A stretch of 64,000 nt of DNA from Lytechinus pictus. Taxonomy: Eukaryota. The notes beneath the pieces were generated by a model. That model saw only the letters and a list, made by a program, of their open reading frames with translations, had not been told where the DNA came from and did not search any database. A program made the translations under genes and the position numbers. The DNA is taken from assembly GCF_037042905.1 (NCBI RefSeq), contig NC_087245.1:9736001-9800000 (forward strand), given 5' to 3'. This document shows, in pieces, positions 51,831-63,919 of this stretch. Positions within the stretch are counted from its first letter, which is position 1; the number at the start of each line of letters is the position of its first letter.

Positions 51831-52305
51831 TTAAACCTCATCATATGTTATACTAGATTATATTTGATTTCATACAAGATTCTGATTCCAAATGAAGGAA
51901 GTTATGGGAGAAGACAAATTTGTGATGATTTTGCTAACCTTGAAATGTTACACTGATTTAATGAGAAATGAGAACCCTTGTTCAATGCTTTTATCATTTC
52001 ATCTTAAAAATGCATGTCCACTAATAAACCATGCAAATTGGTTCTTATTTTACTAATGAATAACAGGTCAAAAGTCACCATCAAATGCTAGAAGTATTTT
52101 CCTAGCAAAAATATGATTTTTTTTTTTAAATCAAGAGAAGTCACTACTGTACAGGGGGGTGGTGCCCCCTCCCTGATATATTAGTGACTCATTTAGATTT
52201 AAAATATAATCTAATTCTCAGACACCCACATTTCAAACTGAGCCTACATGACCAAAATATGATTCAGATTACTTTTGAAACGAAATGTGAGAAAATGTAT
52301 CTCAC

Positions 52306-52413
52306 CAATGAGAAAGTCCACGTCTGGATGAGTTTCACAGATAACAGGGATGATGGCAGCCAGTAGATCCATACCCTTTCTATACACCAGCCGACTCACT
52401 ATTACAATTGTTA
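52306..52413 (-). CDS. PIGA: PIGA exon 7: [36 protein letters not shown](G)
   Basis: [11 protein letters not shown] motif of GT4 glycosyltransferases; 108 nt, phase 1-1. Confidence 0.97.
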
Positions 52414-53524
52414 CTTGAGGGAAAATATAAAAATGACACAAATTACATAACTCTGAAAGTTGAATGACTATCAACAACATACAATTTTATATTTATATAT
52501 CAAAATATAAAAGATCAATAAATTCCTGATAGCATTTTTTTATAGTTCAAAATGGACTACACCAATGTTTAGTGGACTCTATGAATTGCAAATGGATAAA
52601 ATCAAAGAGAAAGTCATTATGGACATATTTATGCAGACATTTTATAACCATAACCAAATCACAATCATTTTGCCGGACTAATCCATTGAACTGCTTCTGT
52701 CATACATAGAGTTGCAATAGATAAAATTATGATAGATCTCAAATGCATATCTCTCAACTACACACATTTAGATCAATCATAATTTGTGTTTGATTTAATA
52801 CATTGCAACTCTTTGTGTATGATTTGTTTCTGTTCACAGTTGCAGCAAGCTAAAGCTGGATCTCATATTGTTATGAGAGCACTTTAAGTGTTGGGACGTG
52901 GGATCTTTATCTTTGTGTGCACTTCTTAACATATTCATCTCACCCTTCAAGCTCACAAGTACTGCTGGTGATGAAACTGTGAAAAGTCATTCCTAAAATT
53001 GTCTCTCGAGTTGGTCCAGAGCAAGGGCTCAGTCAGCAACCAATCAAAATCAAAGTTTCCATGGATGTAAACACATGCATGTAAGATCTTTATGAAACAG
53101 GCTGCAGTTCAGAATAACATCGCTTCCTGGTTCACGTTTGGCATTAAGTCACACTGGTCCAATTCTCATTGGATCAATCCAGGGAACAGTTGCAGATAAG
53201 AATAAATGGGTACATCTGATTGGTTGAAAATCTAGTTGTGCTTGATTTTCTGAGTTGCATTTAATCACAACTCCTATTAAACCGATCCCAGCATGAAAGT
53301 TACTATGAACAGGGTCTATGTTCTCTCGTCTGTTTATCCATCTTTTCTCTCTCTCGTATCCTCTGTCTATTCACCTTTATCTTTTCTCTCTCTCTCTCTA
53401 TTTCTCTCACACTCTGGGTGGATCTGTCTCTATCTGCTGGCCCGTCTCCATCCCTATTTCTCTCCCATTTTCTCCATTTCTCTCTCTCTCTCTCTCTTCC
53501 CGTCACTCACTCATTCATACTCAC

Positions 53525-53640
53525 TTCTATCATGTTTCCTCTTGGCTGTATCAGGTTTAAAGACGGTTGGATCCACAGCATTTGGTATGACAGAGACAAG
53601 ACTTGGTGACACAGTAGCTCTCAAGACAGTGTTCTCTTTA
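53525..53640 (-). CDS. PIGA: PIGA exon 6: [38 protein letters not shown]
   Basis: KENTVLRA and VSVIPNAVD motifs; 116 nt, phase 2-1. Confidence 0.96.
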
Positions 53641-54452
53641 CTTGGATAGGAAAAGAAATTGCATACATTTTTATTTCTGCTCTAGAGACTGTTTCACAAA
53701 GAGTGATTTTAAATCGTACTTCAAGAGGAAATTAGTTCTAGTGGTGAATTTGAAAAATGAATGGAGGAAACTATCGGAAAACGATTGTGAACTGCTTATG
53801 ACGCACCTTCATGTAGGGAATAGTTTTCCTGGTATCACATTGCAATTTGCTCCACATTTTTTAAAGTGTAAGACTGCTACACAAAAATTATTTTGTGTAG
53901 CAGAATTTTTAATAGAATTAAAAAAAAGTGAGTTGAGAGCTTTTCTCTTATGACAAAAGCAAAAGTAATCCCTGTATATGTATTAAAGAAGAGATGTTGT
54001 TCTTAAATTGTATACTACAAAACATACATGTGTGAGAAAACTTGGGATGAATTTAAAAGACCTATTGAATTAAAACTCTACAACATTTATTTTGTATTCG
54101 TATAAAATTAAATTCATAGTTTACTTTCTGGTTCTCTCAAAAGTGAAATATGCTCTCTGATTGAGAAGGAATGTATCTTGAATTAAAGGGGGGTACCTTG
54201 CAATATTAAAAATTTATTGGTTTTTATAAAACATATCAGTCACCGTATTCTCAAACTATAAATGTAGATCTGTCATCATTAGCATCTATTTACCAATATG
54301 AGCTACATATATGCTTTCATAGACTGTACAGACACACATGCAATCGTGTCTATGCCTGGAAAATACAAAAAAAATTATATAAAAAAAATATTTATAATCA
54401 TTTCATATTTAACATGACACTGAAAATAGAGACAGTATGATTTTTCACCAAC

Positions 54453-54628
54453 CTTGTATGTGACACACAGATCACATGATTGACATCAGCCAATGAGAAC
54501 TGGAGGATTGCATTGGTGATAATTGAACTTGCGTCAGCAAAACCAAAGAGAGAATGGTCGGTAAAGACTGTTTTGAGACCCATGGTTTTGGCATGAAACA
54601 TGGCTTCATGGGCCATCGTAGAAAAGGA
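54453..54628 (-). CDS. PIGA: PIGA exon 5: [58 protein letters not shown](S)
   Basis: Diagnostic [13 protein letters not shown] motif; AG/GT boundaries, 176 nt, phase 0-2. Confidence 0.97.
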
Positions 54629-55068
54629 CTGATATAAAGAGATACCAAGAGGAGGTAAGAAAAGGGAGAGGGGAGAGAAAGGGAGCAGGAGAAGGGAGGA
54701 AGAGGAGGATTGAGGAAGAAGGGATGAAGGGGGAGGGGAGCAGGTGAGGGGGAGACGTGGATAATGGAGGAGGGACAGGTGAAGGGGAAGAAAGAAAGGA
54801 GAGGTGGAGGAAGGGAGGGAAGAGAAAGTGAAACAAAAGGAACAAAATGAGACAGAAAAACCTCAGAAAGAATCATGAATGAAAAGGGAATTATAAATTA
54901 TCAAAAACTTGCCAGGAAATTAAAAATAATTGATACTTTTGCACTGCATGATTTCTATGCATGCACAACTATATGATAATAATGCAAGAATAAGTCTAAT
55001 TGAATTATGAAGTTCTATCAGATAACAATTATGCCAAATACTAGTGACTATCTTATACATTACATTTT

Positions 55069-56266
55069 AACAAGTGGAACGCCTCTGGCAGTCTCGCCTG
55101 CATTACGCGATTTAATATAGCAGCAGTGCTAACTTTGAAAACTACTATAAAATAATCATTCACAAAAACACCATTCATATAATGACATAATACCACGTTC
55201 ATTGACCATAAATGACATTTGAACGGTGACTTAAGACTTGTCAACTACACCCATGTCCACATTCATTCACTCTATCTATAAACTTTCAAAGTTATGATGG
55301 CAATTCAACAATTACCCCAACATTGCCTAAGTTTATTGACTTTTAACTGACCTTTGACCTTGGTTTTGTGACCTGAAACTCACAAGGAATGTTCAGTGAT
55401 ACTTGATTACTCTTATATCCCAAGTTTTATGAACTAGATCCATAAACTTTCAGAGTTACGATGGTAATTCAACAAATACCCCCAACAAGGCCAAAGTTCA
55501 TTGACCTTTAATGACCTTTGACCATGGTCATGTGACCTGAAACTCGTACAGGATGTTTAGTGATACTTGATTACTCTTTTGTCCAAGTTTTATGAACTAG
55601 ATCTGTAAACTTTCAGAGTTAGGATGGTAATTTAACATATACCCCCAACACGGCCAAAGTTCATTGACCTTAAATGACCATTGACCATGGTCATGTGACC
55701 TGAAACTCGCACAGGATATTCAGTGGTACTTAATTAACCTAATGTCCAAGTTTCATGAACTAGATCCATAAATTTTCAAAGTTATGATGGTAATTCAACA
55801 AATACCCCCCAACTTGACCAAAGTTCATTGACCCTAAATGACCTCTGACCTTGGTCACGTGACCTGAAACTCAAGCAGGATGTTCACTTTTACTTGATTA
55901 ACCTTATGGCCAAGTTTCATGAACTAGGTCCATATACTTTCTAAGTTATGATGTCATTTCAAAAGCTTAACCTTCGGTTAAGATTTTGAAAATAATTCTC
56001 CCAACATGGTCAAAGTTCATTGACCCTAAATGACCTTTGACCTTGGTCATGTGACCTGAAACTCAGGCAGGATGTTCAGTAATACTTGATTAACCTTATG
56101 TCCAAGTTTCATGAACTAGGTCCATAGACTTTCTAAGTTATGATGTCATTTCAAAAACTTAACCTTAGGTTAAGATTTGATGTTGACGCCGCCGCCGCCG
56201 TCGCCGTCGCGGCCGCCGTCGGAAAAGCGGCGCCTATAGTCTCGCTCTGCTATGCAGGCGAGACAA
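55069..56266 (-). mobile_element. Helentron/DINE-1-like element, family A, longest intact copy
   Basis: aacaagtggaacgcctctggcagtctcgcctgcat ... gtctcgctctgctatgcaggcgagacaa; multiple ~120-bp units with TGACCTTTGACC. Confidence 0.85.
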
Positions 56267-56450
56267 TAAGTAATCTTAAATTAAGAAATCATCAAAACAA
56301 TATTGTGCAAATAATAATTTGACATATCAAACATACAAGTGTTTTAGTGTGAAATAAATCTGTATCTTAATTAAGAAAATGAATGAAAATATTAAGACGG
56401 TATGCATTCATAGTAACAAGAGTAATGTGAACATATACATGTAAACTTAC

Positions 56451-56573
56451 TGAGTGACCATGAACTATAGTGATGTTTTCTCTGATGAGGATATTCCTAA
56501 TAAGAGGCAGGGTTGTAAAGAGCGTTGGTAAAATACATTGGTTGTAGAATGGTCCAAATGGTAAGTAATACAC
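56451..56573 (-). CDS. PIGA: PIGA exon 4: VYYLPFGPFYNQCILPTLFTTLPLIRNILIRENITIVHGHS
   Basis: AG/GT boundaries, 123 nt; PIGA domain homology (VYYLP..YNQ..LPL.R.I..RE..TI.H.HS). Confidence 0.96.
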
Positions 56574-57449
56574 CTATAGAACAAATATAAAGATGCATTT
56601 AGTACAACAAAATGGATTTACTTATTGTCAGATATCAAAGTGATCAATTTTTGCTGGTTAAAAAGATAAACAGATCAATTATTTTGTTATATTCAGTCAT
56701 GCATTCAGCGTATCTGCATATTTCCGTGCTGCTTTACAATCAAGAAATTATTTGTGCACCACATTGTGTACATGCAAGACAAGCCAAAATAGAAACTAAG
56801 TGGTCAAATTATGTAATGTACTGGAAAGTCAATCCTCCCACATTTATACCAAGATAATGAAGATACTCACTTTCATTTGATCCCAACAATAGGAGACTCC
56901 CAGGGCAATACTCTTAACTTTTTAAAAAATTTAAGTTTCTCCATCAGAAGTATCTATATGTACAATTTAAAGCACTCTACAATAATGCAGTATTTTACCA
57001 TGGCTTCAGAGCATAGCTACTGCAATGCATATGATTCTGAATTCAAAGAATTGAATTTCTGCCTAATTTTCTATCTAATTAGGGATGAAATTCTTACTGA
57101 AGGGAATCAATGTCCAGAGTAAGGGGAGATCATACATCACTGGTTTTAACAGCACATCAATGTCCTTTCTTATCGAGTTTGGTCAATTCACTCTCAGTGG
57201 GTTTTGTTTGTTAACAATTTCCTTTGAATTGTGCTTGCCTAACAAAGCAATATATGCCTTGTAACACATTGAAAACAAATTGGCCAAACTCTATAATGAA
57301 GGGTGTTGACTTCATCCAACCTGTGGGGAGGGGGAGGGGGCAAACTGACTTGAACCACCATCACAACCAGCTATGTGTGATTGCCCCTTAAAAGAAAGGA
57401 ATCAGAACCACTACTTCATAATGTAAATTTAGAAAGATAATAGCCTTAC

Positions 57450-57515
57450 CTTGAGATAGTTTGTAAGGTATCTGATGCCTGTTCTTTCTCCATAAGCATG
57501 AGTTATCACTATCAC
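57450..57515 (-). CDS. PIGA: PIGA exon 3: VIVITHAYGERTGIRYLTNYLK
   Basis: AG/GT boundaries, 66 nt, phase 0-0; matches human [22 protein letters not shown]. Confidence 0.96.
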
Positions 57516-57842
57516 CTGACATAAAGAAAACATCAAGCCTGTTATTACTTTCCAAAAGTTTTGCAAGATCTTAGTCTGTACATGATAATGAATATTAAAA
57601 ATAGAGTATACATGTAGTTTCTGAAATTAATCAATATCTAAAAACTATTTATCAAGGGAAAATCAGCTCTTCTTTTTTTTAAGTCTTAGTATATCAAACT
57701 TCACTATTCACTACAGAATTATAGAATGTGTCTGGAATACAACCACTGTTCTAGAAAGGATGTCATAACTTATGATTTTAACAAGACTTGATTTATATTC
57801 AATAAATGCTTGTAACTTTTATGGAATTAATTTCATACATAC

Positions 57843-57933
57843 CTTGTGACCTCTGGCTAACAAACATTGTGATAGCTGGTAAATATGACTCTCAACACCT
57901 CCAGTATTAGGGAAGAAAAAGTCAGACACCATA
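57843..57933 (-). CDS. PIGA: PIGA exon 2: [30 protein letters not shown]
   Basis: tttcag acceptor and gtatgt donor; matches the PIGA/GPI3 N-terminal motif [28 protein letters not shown]. Confidence 0.96.
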
Positions 57934-58049
57934 CTGAAACAACAAAAGGAAATCAATATAGTTTGATCCTGGCAATGTCATCAAAATTTTAAAATGTGAC
58001 TGTTAGTAATTGCTTACAAAAAGACATCCTTACTGAATTGTCTTGCCTT

Positions 58050-59045
58050 CTCCAGCAATCCGTGAAAGCTACCCATCATCCTCTCATGCCATTATCGGTG
58101 ACTTCAACGTTTATACAGTCTCCACTTCCAAGAAGACATGCTCTATCTTTATGAATGAACATTCAAGTCTCACTGGCACTGCTGCTCATTGCAGTAAAGA
58201 TGATATGCATTCTACTCAGACAATGGGGAGACAGAAATACAACATACCGGTAGATGGTTTCCTTTCTCCTGATGAGAACCCCAATACCAAGTTTACATAT
58301 GTGATGTTCTGACTATGACACCTAGCTGATCATTTAGAAGTTATCACATCTCGTTCACTTTAAGCGGAGGCAACATGAAATAGAAATAAGAGTTGTAACC
58401 CCCTGCACAAGCTAAAGATCAAATGGGACACTGTGGATGATAAAAAGATATACTGTACATGTAGGAACAGTAACCATTTCCCATGGAAAGGGCAGCTTCT
58501 CTAATCTTCCAAACCATCTCCATGGCAGACAGTACTAGTATGTGAATCATCAGTCAACATTTTTCTACTCAATGTCCTCAAAGACAAGGTCTGGTCAGCA
58601 AAGACCAGACTTTGTTTCAATGAAAGCAAATCAGAACTGATTTTTTTATCACAGTTCCAAGCTACGAATCCTTTACAGACCACTTCTAACTCTTTTAAAG
58701 TTGCCTTGGATAAACACCTTACACTCCAGTCACACAATCGAAGTACTTGCAAATCAGCTTCATGGGGCTTATTCAGAATTTGAAAGATCAGGCGACTTCT
58801 CGACCAAGCCTCCACAAAAAGACTAATCCATACTTTCGTCTCATCACATATAGATCTCGACTGCTGCAACTCCCTCTTTGCTAGCCTCTCTGTTTGTTTC
58901 TCTCCCCCCATCAGTGAATGGTGAACTCTGCAGCAAAAATGGTACCCTATCTAAGAATACTGAACACGTCTCCTCTATTCTACGATATCTTCATTGGCTT
59001 CCAGTAAACTATTGCATAACCTTCAAGATTCTTCTCATATGTCAC
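58050..59045 (+). mobile_element. Decayed, internally deleted L2-clade LINE in PIGA intron 1 (antisense)
   Basis: APE motif IIGDFNV near 58090; post-RT region LDKHLTLQSH..CKSASWGLFRI*KIRRLLDQASTKRLIHTFVSS..DCCNSL near 58705-58885; LHWLPV..ITFKILL near 58990. Confidence 0.85.
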
Positions 59046-59503
59046 CCAATACCTCCAAGACGTAATCTCCCTTCATTCCTCCTCTTCAGTCAGATCCCTC
59101 TGCTCATCTTTTTTCTCTTCTTTAAATCATTATTTATAATCATTTCTGTCATTATTTTTACTCTTTTAAGTCATTATATATGACTGATATATCAGGCTTT
59201 GCAAAAAGTATTTTTCAAATGTTTTTAATCTATACCTTCAATTTTGGTCATGTTGATTCTTTCATTTTTTCATTCCCAGCTTACACTACAGTGTCTAAAA
59301 AAGGGTGCATTATCAAAATGCTGTGCTTCATTCTCAAACTTATGAGAAAAGGCCTAAAGGGGGACTTCTATCAAAGACTTGAGTTAATAGCATGCCACAA
59401 CTCACTTAGACAGGAATAACCATCGTTTCTGGGGATTTCTTTAACAATTTCTGACATTTTACTATGACGGAGCCAACGTAGTTCAGCGGAAAAACCAAAT
59501 ACA

Positions 59504-59941
59504 TAGACAGCTGGCAGCCGTCTGTTTCGAGGAGTTTTTTAACATTTTTAATTTTTTTAAAATTTCTTACACAGATGGCTCGCGATCATGCAGCTACCAT
59601 CAGGGGGTTAACAATGCAAAATCCCCCTGACAGGGCTCATCGATTTTTGTCTTTATTTCATAAAAATATATATAAAGAACTGGACCAAAATAAAGATTAT
59701 TATGCACCAAAGCAGGAAAAAAAAATTAAAAGGAAAAAAAAACAGTGACTTACTTCCGCTGTCGCGCAACTCCCACTTCCCTGGTTTATCCAAACTTAAT
59801 ACATAAACATATGGCCATTGAGTCCCTGTACATATCGAGTTAGAACTTCAGTCTCTCTCTCTCTGTAATTGGTGAGTGGAGCCAACGAAGTTCAGCTCAG
59901 CGGAACAACCAATATTAAAAGAGACCAAAGCTTTTGGTCTA
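59504..59941. mobile_element. TAGAC-ended MITE in PIGA intron 1 (inverted relative to 36783-37229)
   Basis: Full-length reverse-complement similarity; no clear TSD. Confidence 0.82.
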
Positions 59942-60257
59942 CAACTCACTGCAACATATTCAAAATAAATCTTAATTATCTGCTGGAATGCCCCCTATTT
60001 ACTTTTTCTGTTTAACATTTCAACTTTTATTTAGAATTGATTTTTTACTTGAATTTTAGCTCAATTTAATTTCAACCATACAACTGACCACTCTAGGCAA
60101 CACCACAATACTTACCCGTGTTAATAAACTGGGACTCCACTCACGCGCATTTGGGCCGCCCTAGCTTAGAACTAAAGTTTATTATCTAGAAATTGTTAAA
60201 CTATACTGATAAAATATATTTCATTAAATAGCTTGATACTGTTTGATCGGTACTCAC

Positions 60258-60274
60258 CGGTTCTTTTGTTGCAT
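60258..60274 (-). CDS. PIGA: PIGA coding exon 1 (tentative): MQQKN+R(CG|T)
   Basis: AAA-ATG context, strong donor CCG|gtgagt, phase 2 compatible with exon 2, and next to a CpG-rich promoter-like stretch. No homology support for these few residues. Confidence 0.55.
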
Positions 60275-60500
60275 TTTCAGCCCAATTCTCACAATTCTTG
60301 GGAAATATTCGCGGCAAATCTTGTCGCCATAGACAGCTACATGTCCATCTTTATTTATAAATGGAGCGCCCTTTACGATAGTTGTTAATGCCGCGGAGAA
60401 ATCGTTAGGCTATTTGGCCTGTGTTCAAGGCGTAGCTGTTCTATTTTTTTTTAATAGGTATGAGATCGAAATCACAGCGAGTATTTACACTCTTCCATAA
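60275..60500 (-). promoter_or_regulatory. Putative PIGA promoter / 5' UTR
   Basis: Locally CpG-enriched unique sequence directly upstream of the candidate first exon. Confidence 0.5.
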
Positions 60501-62094
60501 TGATTCCGAAAGGGAGGCGCAACACCCCCCACCCACATGGGCGCAAATTCCAGGGGGACATGTCCCCCTCACCTAGAATAGTAGGGGGGCACATTATGAA
60601 ATGTCATCCCCCTACTATTTTTGGTCTTTTCATTCAAAATCGAAATAAAATATGTATTTTGGAAGAGACGATCTTACTTTTGGGGTGCCCTTTTTTTTTG
60701 CTTGTTTGCTTATCAAATTTCTTATGGTCAAGATGATCTTCTTTTTGGGGTGATAAACCTTCTTTTTTGTTTTTGTTTGTTTGTTTTTTTCTTGTCAAAT
60801 TTTCCAGCCCCTGGTCCCAGCTACCTTTGGGGAGAGATTTCCGCCCTTGCCTAACAGTACACTTGATATTGTTTGCGAATCTGCGTGGGCGTCGGGGGCT
60901 GGGGGATGAGGAAAAGCGGTGAGACGAGAAAAAAAAATAGAAGGAAAAAGAGGACAGAAAAAAAGTGAACGAAAGAAAAATTAATGGAAAATAAAAGGGA
61001 GGAGAAAATAGTGAGAAAAGTGATGGGTAGGTCGAGATTTTATGTGTCCGTGCAAAAAGAAATGAGCAGAGGTTGAGATGTTGTCTGTTTGGGCAAATGT
61101 CTGTCTGTTTGTTGGACTGGCGCCTGTTGCAAAAATTATTAAGCTGATGGAATCGGAAAGTTCCAACTGCTTTGTGTCATACCGACAGTGACAGGATTAA
61201 GCGGTTGTAGGTATAAATCACGCTCTAAAACTGTGTTCTTTATTAAAAAGTTGTCCTTCATATTCATTTTCGCAAAAGAATATCAAGTTTTCAATTAATA
61301 AATTAAATAGTTATCCTGTTTATGATAAAAATACTTAGAAATTGGGTTAGGTTAGGGTTATCAAATTATCGGGGCAGAAAATATATTTTTTCAGTTCGCG
61401 CGTCGAGCTGGCATTAGTGATCAGTGAGATTATGTTTTTAATGACATTCATTCTATTCACAGCAATATATTATTAAACATAGCCGCATGAATTATAGATA
61501 GGTCTATAGTTATCAGGTGAATAATTTACCGCTACACACTGATCATGCGGATACTGTTTTGTAAAGGGGAATTTCACCTTGATAAAAAGATTGTGAAAAT
61601 ATAGGCCAAAGAAAAATAATTTCAAAACATCGGTGAAGGTGTTATTTAAAAAAAATGGAGTTAGTAGAATTTCGAATGCTTGATTTGTGACGTCATAAAC
61701 GAGCAGTTGCTCAATATTCTATGTAATATAAAATGCCAAAATTTCCCATTTTTAATGGTCCGTAATGACCCACTTTTTTCTTTTTGGAGAGAGTATGAAG
61801 TTATCTATTGATATACTGAATGTACAATAAAAGTCATTATCACGTATTTCTTGACATTTCATTTACTTTTTACCATAATTATATCCGATATAGCTGCTCG
61901 CAAAGGCCTACGCCGTCACGAATAATTATTTAAAAAATCTCACATTTAATTTTTTTTTGGTGGGGAATGGATTTTTCCTGAACGCATACCAATTTTTCAA
62001 ATTATTTTTTCTGCTATTTTCATAATTAACTTTAAATAAATTCACCTATGCACTACTTAATTTTTTCAAAGACAAAATAACAAAATTACATCTA

Positions 62095-62232
62095 GTCTTC
62101 ATCATCACCATCATCACCAACTTCATTCTCATCATCATCACCACTACCACCATCATTATCATCATCATCATCATCATCACCGCCACCATCACCACCATCA
62201 TCACCAAGATAATTTTCATCATCATCATCTTT
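62095..62232. repeat. (CAT/CAC)n microsatellite
   Basis: Direct reading. Confidence 0.9.
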
Positions 62233-62669
62233 CTTTTTTTTTCCCCTTCCCTTCTTCTTTTTTTCCTTCCTATTTTCCTCCCTTTTTAGAGGGGCACACC
62301 ACCAAATAAATATGTTTGTTGTTGTTGTATATAAGTTGGCGGATGCCTCATGAAATGAAATAAAAGAGAAAATAAGGAAATGGAAAAAGTAAGAAGAAGG
62401 ATAAGAAGAAAAAAAGAAAGCCAAACAAACAAGACAAAATAATATCAAAATTTCGTAATAAAGTCAGTCAGTTTAATAATTATGTTTTCAATGAAATGAG
62501 ACATAAAAGAATTGAAACAAGTAAAAAGGGCTACATCATAGTTAAAAGAAATAGAGGGAAGCTCCGAGACAATAAAAAGTGTAAAAAAAATCAGAAAAGA
62601 CTTTGAAACACTCTGAACACGAGTATAATATAAAAAAAATTGGGAATAAGCGAGGACAAGTAGCTGAGG

Positions 62670-63281
62670 GACCCCCCCCCCTCTCTCTCTAGTTATTTAC
62701 TCAAACTCGCATATACAAGAGAAAAAATTCTTACTAATCAAAATATTGCGAGCAAAAAGCATGAGCTGACATTTTTTTAAATATTCAAAACTGATAGAGA
62801 GACACATTTTGAACAATTCATGAAACATAATAATCATTCATTATAGCTACCAATCGGATTGCGACAAGATCTGAGAATTAGAAATTCATTAAAAGCATAA
62901 AATTGTATAACATTAAAATAAGACGGGCGCAACGCATGAGCTAAAGCTTTATATACCAATTAAAAATTTGGACATTTTTAGCGCTTTCGGTAGTCATGAA
63001 AAAGATTCATATTTCATGAAAGCTCAAATCCCGAGGAGGAATATTTTTTATTAATTGACTTAAAAAAGGCTGTTCTAATTAAGCCCCATTTAATATTTGA
63101 TTACAAGTCTCGTTAAACAGTAAAAGAGGAAAAAATAAAGCATATTGTGTTCCTCAATTCTCTTTCTCTTTAACCCTATTTTTTTTTTTTTTTTTTTTTT
63201 TTGGGGGGGGGGGTATTTTGGTTTAAAAAAAAGAAAAAAACGATAATTGCTGGCTAGTGGGTGTATAGTGGTAGGGACACC

Positions 63282-63312
<31 letters not shown>

Positions 63313-63325
63313 GTAGTTACGCAAA
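62670..63325. mobile_element. Old degenerate copy of the 24-1490 hAT family
   Basis: Decayed gcgagc..aagc.tgagct motifs; end (C)n-cgtagttacgc as at 1470-1490. Confidence 0.6.
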
Positions 63326-63479
63326 CATGGGACCAAATGATCCTACTTGTTCCAAGGCGAAACTTGTGCAATCAATTAAATGTTATTTTTGAGAAAATTA
63401 AAGCTTGCGCTGTTTAAATTCAATCTCTTTCACCTAAATTTGCGATGAATGCTAGCATTATGAAATATATAATTATCAA

Positions 63480-63620
63480 CGTCTGGCGAAAAGAATAACC
63501 AACCGATCAGCTGACGAGAACGCGTATCACGTGATCTGCATATCAGCTTCGATCGCGAGTCAGAAGTGAAGAGCAACTGGCAATAAAATCTGGAAAAAGT
63601 CGTCAAAATGCAAGTTCCCC
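63480..63620. promoter_or_regulatory. Possible promoter / first exon of a third gene (probably divergent, + strand)
   Basis: CpG cluster with ATCACGTGAT E-box, TCGCGA and ACGCGT palindromes, followed by CAAAATG near 63604; no coding homology seen. Confidence 0.3.
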
Positions 63621-63919
63621 TTCATTTCTTTCAATTTTTTTTTATTGCTAACAATGCTTTAACTTTCTTAAACAAAAATTTAATGAATAGACAGTACGAT
63701 AGCTCGTACTTGTGTTATAATACACAAATAATCATCTTCACAAAGATTTCTGACACAAAATACTACAGATGTCGCCTATGAGGTCCATACATGTAATGTT
63801 TGGACCTCATTGGTACTGGGACAGTAGGAGTGACAACTGACAAGTAACAAGATGTCATAAAATAAATTTCAACCACATCGTGCATTGCCATTGGGAACTA
63901 TTCTACTTTAGGCTAAGGC

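Noticed and set aside
58222..58250. Plus-strand MGRQKYNI resembling a PIGA N-terminus
   Set aside because: Wrong strand and embedded in the L2 fossil.
62046..62448. Asp/Gly-rich and Met/Val-rich ORFs (also 15448-15630, 53293-53649, 54472-54876)
   Set aside because: Translations of microsatellites or purine/pyrimidine tracts, or antisense overlaps of true exons.
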